Assembly (NCBI GenBank): GCA_965198235.1
Contig: OZ240248.1
Span: 448,001-512,000, forward strand
Source of the DNA: Candidatus Poribacteria bacterium
GTDB lineage: Bacteria > Poribacteria > WGA-4E > WGA-3G
Direction: 5' to 3'
Length of the DNA: 64,000 bases
This document shows, piece after piece, positions 58,354 through 64,000 of the stretch; the first letter of the stretch is position 1; the number at the start of each line of letters is the position of its first letter. A program made the position numbers and the translations under genes. The notes under the pieces are model-generated. The model was not told the origin of the DNA. It saw only the letters and a list, made by a program, of their open reading frames with translations, and searched no databases.

Positions 58354-59354
58354 AAAAAGTAATGGATGTCTGGAAAATTCTTTGGTTCTTGCTTATTGGT
58401 GTTGCGGTAGGTTGCGGTGGTGATGAAACCAGCAGTAGAAACGTTGCACCGCACATTCTGGTGTTTGAAGCAGAATCAAATATAGTTTCGCCAGGGGCAG
58501 AGGTGCCGATTCGTCTGGAAACTGGTGACCTTGAAGGGCACTCCCTATCATATACGTGGACGGTTACGGGTGGCGACCTAACGGAGAACGCTTCTGGTGC
58601 ACTCTGGCACGCTCCTCAAACTGAACGGAAATACCAGATTGAAGTTACGGTAAGCGATGGGGAAAATGCTACGAGAAGTACACTTGATATCCAAGTGTGG
58701 CGGATCCGTCCTGGAGACTATTATCCGTTGGCTGTAGGGAATGTTTGGCATTACCGCGACGCAAGCGGTGCTGAGATTACTTTTGAAATTGTGGATACCA
58801 TCCAGATTCAACGCGCAGGTGGGGAAGCCATTGAGAGTTTTGTCCTCCAGAAATCGAATAAGGCTGAAGGTTTAGAGAACGTTGTGAACTACTCTTACCT
58901 CGGAACAAGCCTTGATGAAAAGGGTGAAGTTTCAGTGATTGTACAGCACGCACAGAATACCACATCCGGCACAGGTGATACGATTCTGTTTGTGCCGTAT
59001 CTCCCACTATACCAATTCCCACTCATTCCGGGCGAGAGGTGGGAGGTTAACTTTCAGGCACAATTAGTTCCTGAACTCTTTCCGATTGGCGGTGGGCTCG
59101 ACGAATTTGAGGTGATTTCAGAAGAGACTATGACCGTGCCAGCTGGAACTTTTGAACATGTCTTCCAGGTTCAGGAATCCTTTCGGTGGGGATTTGACAT
59201 TGAAAATCAGAATGTTCCACTTGACATCACTGTCGTAAAAAAATGGGTTGCACCGGATGTCGGGATTATCAAATTTACACAATCACAGACTCGGGGTGGT
59301 GTGACTGTCGACACGGTCTTTGAACTTGGGTCCTTTGAGTTAGTCCAAAATTAA
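58350..59354 (+). CDS. Lipoprotein with Ig/PKD-like domain and beta-rich C-terminal domain
   Basis: Lipobox VAVGC; LSYTW...VTVSDG; YYPLAVGNVWHY, TVPAGTF, WVAPDVGIIK. Confidence 0.8.
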   Translation: MKKVMDVWKILWFLLIGVAVGCGGDETSSRNVAPHILVFEAESNIVSPGAEVPIRLETGDLEGHSLSYTWTVTGGDLTENASGALWHAPQTERKYQIEVTVSDGENATRSTLDIQVWRIRPGDYYPLAVGNVWHYRDASGAEITFEIVDTIQIQRAGGEAIESFVLQKSNKAEGLENVVNYSYLGTSLDEKGEVSVIVQHAQNTTSGTGDTILFVPYLPLYQFPLIPGERWEVNFQAQLVPELFPIGGGLDEFEVISEETMTVPAGTFEHVFQVQESFRWGFDIENQNVPLDITVVKKWVAPDVGIIKFTQSQTRGGVTVDTVFELGSFELVQN

Positions 59355-59358
59355 ATCT

Positions 59359-60378
59359 GTGAAGAATACAACAAAAAAACCAGAAATTTTAACCACGACT
59401 GTGGGTTCTTATCCTGTACCGGCATGGCTCCTGTCAACGCCAACAGAGCAGACGCTGCTTGATGCGACACGGGTTGTCGTAGATGTCCAGCGGCAACGGG
59501 GTATTGACCTGCCGACGGATGGCGAACTCTACCGCTTTGATGCCAATCACCCAGATACCAACGGAATGATTGATTATTTTATCCGTCCGCTTTCTGGTGT
59601 GAGGGCGGAAGTGGGGCGGCAGGAATGGCATGAATTTCGGCAGATGCAGACGATGTCGTTCCGTGCGAAACCGGCAGGGGTTGTTGAGAGTGCCCTGGGA
59701 GAAGGCACGTTAAATCTCGTTTCTGATTGCGAGCGCGCAGTGAGTGTATCTGGAAAGGATATCAAATTTACGGTAACGAGTCCTTACATGCTCGCACGGA
59801 CGCTGTTGGACAAATATTACGGCGACTTTGATACCTTGCTGACCGCTTTGGCAGAAGTGTTAGCGACACAGGTCCGTGAACTGGATTGTGCCTGTCTTCA
59901 AATTGATGAGGCGAATATACCGGGTAATCCACAAGATGGACCTCGCGCTGCGGAGGCGATTAATATTGTCCTTGATGCATTTGGTGGGGAGAAAGCGGTC
60001 CATTTCTGCTTTGGCAACTATGGCGGTCAGGTGATCCAAAGAGGGAACTGGGGTGCTCTGGTGGACTTCTTGAACATGCTCCGGTGCGACCACTTGGTTT
60101 TGGAACTGAAACACCGCCCTGAGGCAGATCTTGAGGCACTCAGGGAAGTTACATCAGACATTGTCCTCGGTATTGGGGTGATTGATGTGAAGGTCAATCC
60201 GATTGAGACACCGGATGACGTGGCAGCCAGTATCGAAACAGCGGAAAAGATGTTGGGTGCTGGACGGATTGGCTGGGTGCATCCGGACTGTGGCTTTTGG
60301 ATGCTCCAACGCTCTGTGGTAGACCGAAAGATAGAGGCACTTGTACAAGGCAGAGATAAGTATTTGGGGCTTACCTAA
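59359..60378 (+). CDS. Cobalamin-independent methionine synthase II family protein
   Basis: TTTVGSYPVP, TDGE, QIDEA, HFCFGN, PDCG. Confidence 0.9.
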   Translation: MKNTTKKPEILTTTVGSYPVPAWLLSTPTEQTLLDATRVVVDVQRQRGIDLPTDGELYRFDANHPDTNGMIDYFIRPLSGVRAEVGRQEWHEFRQMQTMSFRAKPAGVVESALGEGTLNLVSDCERAVSVSGKDIKFTVTSPYMLARTLLDKYYGDFDTLLTALAEVLATQVRELDCACLQIDEANIPGNPQDGPRAAEAINIVLDAFGGEKAVHFCFGNYGGQVIQRGNWGALVDFLNMLRCDHLVLELKHRPEADLEALREVTSDIVLGIGVIDVKVNPIETPDDVAASIETAEKMLGAGRIGWVHPDCGFWMLQRSVVDRKIEALVQGRDKYLGLT

Positions 60379-60430
60379 CGAAAATACGGACTCTGTTGTG
60401 CCTATACAAATAGGTATAGAAAAGGGACAA

Positions 60431-60709
60431 ATGTTTGAAATTCAGCTGCCGGCGTTTAAAAAAATTCAAACAATCTCCGCAGTAGCTGCCTGTGTTGGTT
60501 TTGTGATCGGGGTGCTGATTCCTGCCCGAGCCATTTTTGCCAATAACTGGCCATGTCCATTTGGAAATGGACCAATTCAGGTTTGTGGATTCTTGGGCAT
60601 CACAGGGATCGGAAGCGGAATTGTTGCGGGGAACCTTGCTGCCCTTGTCTTAATGGGTCTTGCGAAATACCGCCGGATGTTATCCAATTCATCGAGAAAA
60701 AGGAAGTAA
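60431..60709 (+). CDS. Small membrane protein, unknown function
   Basis: 92 aa with two hydrophobic helices. Confidence 0.55.
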   Translation: MFEIQLPAFKKIQTISAVAACVGFVIGVLIPARAIFANNWPCPFGNGPIQVCGFLGITGIGSGIVAGNLAALVLMGLAKYRRMLSNSSRKRK

Positions 60710-60827
60710 CAGAAGCCTGAAACGGAGAAACCTTAAAAGGAACGCCACGGTTCTTTATGCTGTGAGAATTCGACGAACACCATCGTGAAACGAAGTGGAA
60801 CGATGCCCAGGAGCAATCATTTAAAAA

Positions 60828-61598
60828 ATGGAATTTAACTTTTTACATGTCCTCTTGCTGTTTGGTACAGGTATTGCCGCGGGTTTCTTAAATACAGTTG
60901 CTTTCGGTGGCTCGCTGCTTGCCCTACCGGTGCTCATCTTCCTTGGACTTCCTACTGCAGTAGCAAACGGGACCAACAGAATAGCTATTTTCTGCCAAAA
61001 TTTCAGTGCCATTATAGGATTTCGCCGTAAGGGGGTCTCTGACTTTGGCTACAGCATCCTACTCGCCATACCAGCGGTTATCGGTGCCGTAATAGGTGCT
61101 ATAATCGCGGTTGACATCAGGGACGCAGTATTCAACCTAATTCTTGCTGTTGTGATGATCACTATGCTGGTTTTAACACTGATCAACCCAACGGAGCGGT
61201 TGAAGGAAAGGATTGAGAGCAGAGACAAGCGTTCCCAAATCATCGCAATGGTTGTTTTCTTTTTTATCGGAATTTACGGTGGGTTCATCCAAGCCGGTGT
61301 AGGCTTGCTTGTTATAACTGCTTTGCGTCTTCTTACCGGTATAGACTTAGTTCGGACGAATGCGATTAAAGTTTTTGTTATCTTCTTTTATACCGTGGTT
61401 GCACTCGGTATTTTTATCATAAAAGACAAAGTCAATTGGTATTTAGGACCAACACTGGCAATTGGTAACGCGTGTGGTGCATGGCTTGGAAGCCATTGGG
61501 CAGTCGAAAAAGGCGATAAATGGATTAAAGTGGTGCTGATTGTCGCTGTTCTGGCTTTTGCCATCCGTCTCGTTTGGCTGAGCGTGGGTGGAGGCTAA
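60828..61598 (+). CDS. TauE/SafE family sulfite exporter
   Basis: AGFLN..FGGSL, ANGTNR, GIYGGFIQAGVG. Confidence 0.9.
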   Translation: MEFNFLHVLLLFGTGIAAGFLNTVAFGGSLLALPVLIFLGLPTAVANGTNRIAIFCQNFSAIIGFRRKGVSDFGYSILLAIPAVIGAVIGAIIAVDIRDAVFNLILAVVMITMLVLTLINPTERLKERIESRDKRSQIIAMVVFFFIGIYGGFIQAGVGLLVITALRLLTGIDLVRTNAIKVFVIFFYTVVALGIFIIKDKVNWYLGPTLAIGNACGAWLGSHWAVEKGDKWIKVVLIVAVLAFAIRLVWLSVGGG

Positions 61599-62218
61599 CG
61601 ACTCAATTCTTGATACGAAAAGATGAGGCGGTGGATAGCGGTAATGTGTGAGGTGAGAGTGAGTATACCGAGTGTACAGAGAAGAATCATTCCTGTACTT
61701 TGGAGGAAGGGAAACTTGTGCAAGAGTGCCCCTTGTAGCACAGTTCCAGCACCGAGTAAAATAATGCGTTCTGGTCGTTGCATGAGTCCGACCTTGCAGG
61801 TCACCTGAAGTCCTTCCGCTCTTGCCCTTACGTAACTAACGAGTATTGAACCGAACCATGCGCTGAACGCGAGGATTATCCCGAGTAGACTTTCCAAACT
61901 GTAAAAGTAGATGAGGGCTCCAAGGAGAAGAAAGCCTTCCGAGTATCGATCAATGACGGAGTCCAAGAGTGCGCCCGATGCGCGTGGATTTCTCTGTGCG
62001 CGTGCCACTGCCCCGTCTATCATATCAAAACTGCCCCCAAACAGAATCAAGATCCCACCGGTGACGAGACGACCTGTTGCAAAGTAAAAGGTCGCGATGA
62101 GGTTCACGACGAACCCGAAGAATGTCACCATATTCGCTGTAATACCGATGGCAACCATCTTATTTGCCACGACAGATAGGATCACTTCAAGCCGGGGTTT
62201 TAATTTCGCTTCAAACAT
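61595..62218 (-). CDS. CDP-alcohol phosphatidyltransferase (phosphatidylinositol-phosphate synthase-like)
   Basis: DMIDGAVARA...GALLDSVIDRYSE, VSYVRARAEGL, GLMQRPER. Confidence 0.9.
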   Translation of the reverse strand: MFEAKLKPRLEVILSVVANKMVAIGITANMVTFFGFVVNLIATFYFATGRLVTGGILILFGGSFDMIDGAVARAQRNPRASGALLDSVIDRYSEGFLLLGALIYFYSLESLLGIILAFSAWFGSILVSYVRARAEGLQVTCKVGLMQRPERIILLGAGTVLQGALLHKFPFLQSTGMILLCTLGILTLTSHITAIHRLIFSYQELSR

Positions 62219-62232
62219 TCGGTTTCTCCTCA

Positions 62233-62853
62233 CTATAGGGACGAGTTTGAAGATAACTCCGTTCTGCTTTTCGCCGCGAATCGTAACGATTCTTGCCGAT
62301 TTTTGATTAATTCTGTGGTAGGAACCGCTCCCGCTTGACAGAGGAGTTCCAAAATTGCGGATGCAATGTCCGTTGGGTGCCGCGCTATTTTCACTTTTTC
62401 GTGCTCAGAAAACTGTGCATCCGGTGGCATCACGAGTACAACCCCGTCGTTCCATATGAGTTCCGGATACGCGTAAGTGCTGTCATAAGCTTCGTCGAAA
62501 ACCGTGATGATAGGGTATGGCAATTTTAGCAGTTCCAATTCAGCGTTCTGAATTGCTTGTGCACAATCTAACGAGGTTCGACGTTGGACTGTAGCGATAT
62601 GTACAACGGGCAGATTCCACAAAACAACAGGCTTTTTGAGACGATGCGCCAGTGTCGTTAGCCGTAGAAAACATCGCCACTCCGCAGCACCGTTCAGGCT
62701 TTGGGCATTGCCTTGTACAAGGATGACTTTGGTGTCCTGTATCCATGCGAGGCCAGCGAATCTGAATGTTCCCTTACTTCCCGCTCTATCACCGTAAAGT
62801 TTGATTGCCTGAGTGAAGGGTGGCTGAGGATATTTAGCGATATTTGATGACAT
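62233..62853 (-). CDS. Degenerate acetyl-CoA carboxylase carboxyltransferase alpha (AccA)-like protein
   Basis: IKLYGDRA, LRLTTLAHRLKKPVV, AQAIQ....LLKLPYPIITV resemble AccA landmarks; DTPGA and GEGGSGG are missing. Confidence 0.55.
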   Translation of the reverse strand: MSSNIAKYPQPPFTQAIKLYGDRAGSKGTFRFAGLAWIQDTKVILVQGNAQSLNGAAEWRCFLRLTTLAHRLKKPVVLWNLPVVHIATVQRRTSLDCAQAIQNAELELLKLPYPIITVFDEAYDSTYAYPELIWNDGVVLVMPPDAQFSEHEKVKIARHPTDIASAILELLCQAGAVPTTELIKNRQESLRFAAKSRTELSSNSSL

Positions 62854-62887
62854 ATACCCAGGACCTTTGATCAGTAGCGAATTCTAT

Positions 62888-62929
62888 AAAAAAGGCAGGG
62901 AGGTGCTTGAACACCTTCCCTGCCTAAAA
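62888..62929 (-). terminator. Intrinsic terminator after the LysM gene
   Basis: AGGCAGGGAGGTG-loop-CACCTTCCCTGCCT, followed by a T-run on the minus strand. Confidence 0.75.
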
Positions 62930-62944
62930 GGTGATGGGTTTTGC

Positions 62945-63808
62945 TTATTCGCCGCTACGTCCACCCATAGCGTTGATAGCAAACAAGCCGACACCTGCTG
63001 CTACAGTGGTCAGAAACACCAAAGCGCGCTTGGATGAGGAGAGTTCCTCGTGGACACCTTTGGCATCCTCAAGCATCATCTTGACTTCGTTGATTGCCTT
63101 TTGGTTGGCTTCAACGCTCGCCAAAAACATCTTCACGTTCTCTTCGATTGATTCAACGAGTTCGTGCGTTGCCTTCGCCTGCATTTTTTGTGCTTCAAGC
63201 ATTTTAGCTGCTTCTTCAAGATGCATGTCGAGGTGGGCAATCTGGTCAATGATAGCCGCTTTGTTCGCTGCCAAGGCTTCTTTGATACTGGAAGAGACTG
63301 CGTCACTAGATTGACTCACAGCAGCCATTAACTTTTCTTGTGATTTTAGGCTTGCCCCAAGAGCTTCGATTTGTGCCCTGAGTTCGTCCATACTCTTGTT
63401 GAGTCCGTTAATTTCTGCTTCGAGTTTATCCCGCGTTGCTTCAGATTCGGCTAATTCCGCCTTTAACTTTTCAAGCTCCTCCTGCTGCATGGCAAGTTCT
63501 TCTTCAGCTTCCTCAACGACCTCTTTTGCCATAGCGACCGGAATACGTAATTCTTCGTCGGGATAGATGAGGTGTGGATTGGTGAAGTCGTTATACTTGC
63601 TCAATTCGCGCCACCGGAGTGGATCCTTGAGATGCGTTTGGCAGAGATCCCAGAGGGTATCACCTTTTACAATGGTGATGAGCATAGTGCCGTCATCTCC
63701 GTCGTGCGGTGTGATTTTCGCAGATGCGGATAACACATAAACTCCACTGAGTGCTGCGCAAATGTACAGAACCAGTGCCAACTTCAGTGTGCCTCTTATC
63801 ATTTTCAT
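62945..63808 (-). CDS. LysM domain protein with long coiled coil and C-terminal TM helix
   Basis: Signal peptide; IVKGDTLWDL...W.EL..N...NPHLIYPDEELRIP; heptad-rich middle; hydrophobic tail. Confidence 0.88.
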   Translation of the reverse strand: MKMIRGTLKLALVLYICAALSGVYVLSASAKITPHDGDDGTMLITIVKGDTLWDLCQTHLKDPLRWRELSKYNDFTNPHLIYPDEELRIPVAMAKEVVEEAEEELAMQQEELEKLKAELAESEATRDKLEAEINGLNKSMDELRAQIEALGASLKSQEKLMAAVSQSSDAVSSSIKEALAANKAAIIDQIAHLDMHLEEAAKMLEAQKMQAKATHELVESIEENVKMFLASVEANQKAINEVKMMLEDAKGVHEELSSSKRALVFLTTVAAGVGLFAINAMGGRSGE

Positions 63809-63820
63809 CAGTTATCTCCT

Positions 63821-64000
63821 TTAAAATCTATAAGAGAGGGACGCAAAGTGAGTCGATCCGACACCGTTAATTTCACTTGCCATACCATCTTGAATGGCAT
63901 AGTCAATCTGCAGACCGCCGATGTTCACGCCAAATCCTCCGAAGAGGTTTTGGGTGTCGCGTGATGCTCTGATCCCGCCTCGAATGGCAAAGGCAGTGGA
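63821..64000 (-). CDS. C-terminus of an outer-membrane beta-barrel (PorV/PorQ-like), partial
   Basis: Manual translation STAFAIRGGIRASRDTQNLFGGFGVNIGGLQIDYAIQDGMASEINGVGSTHFASLSYRF*, amphipathic strands ending in Y-x-F. Confidence 0.65.
   Translation of the reverse strand, partial: STAFAIRGGIRASRDTQNLFGGFGVNIGGLQIDYAIQDGMASEINGVGSTHFASLSYRF

Overview
64 kb of bacterial chromosome. Gene content suggests Candidatus Poribacteria (inference): many sulfatases, PhyH dioxygenases and Gfo/Idh/MocA oxidoreductases, WD40-dockerin proteins, and proteins ending in a KLTTTW-type motif. Housekeeping genes (secA, purA, rplM-rpsI, hslVU, sppA, tRNA-Lys/tRNA-Glu) are interspersed with carbohydrate/sulfate-ester catabolism genes and secreted repeat proteins. 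The intergenic DNA is crowded with small nested repeat elements: GTAG-type REPs, a GCGAGGTT..AACCTCGC palindrome, TIR mini-elements, heptamer-repeat elements and an IS605/TnpB-type right end. The most unusual signal is a short sequence (consensus GTTTTTGCTTGGGTGTTTCTGCGGATTTCTTCA) found four times. Each copy is inserted inside a REP-like element with a fixed start junction and a variable, stuttered number of sub-units. Uninterrupted copies of two of the target elements are present in the same window. This looks like templated, telomerase-like sequence addition at nicked REPs; the enzyme and template are not in this window. Other notable items are a duplicated two-gene secreted module next to the tRNAs, a free-standing omega-RNA-like IS605 end, an RDD-PspA fusion, a kinase-deoxyribosyltransferase fusion, and a 20-bp duplication that frameshifts the SecA zinc motif.
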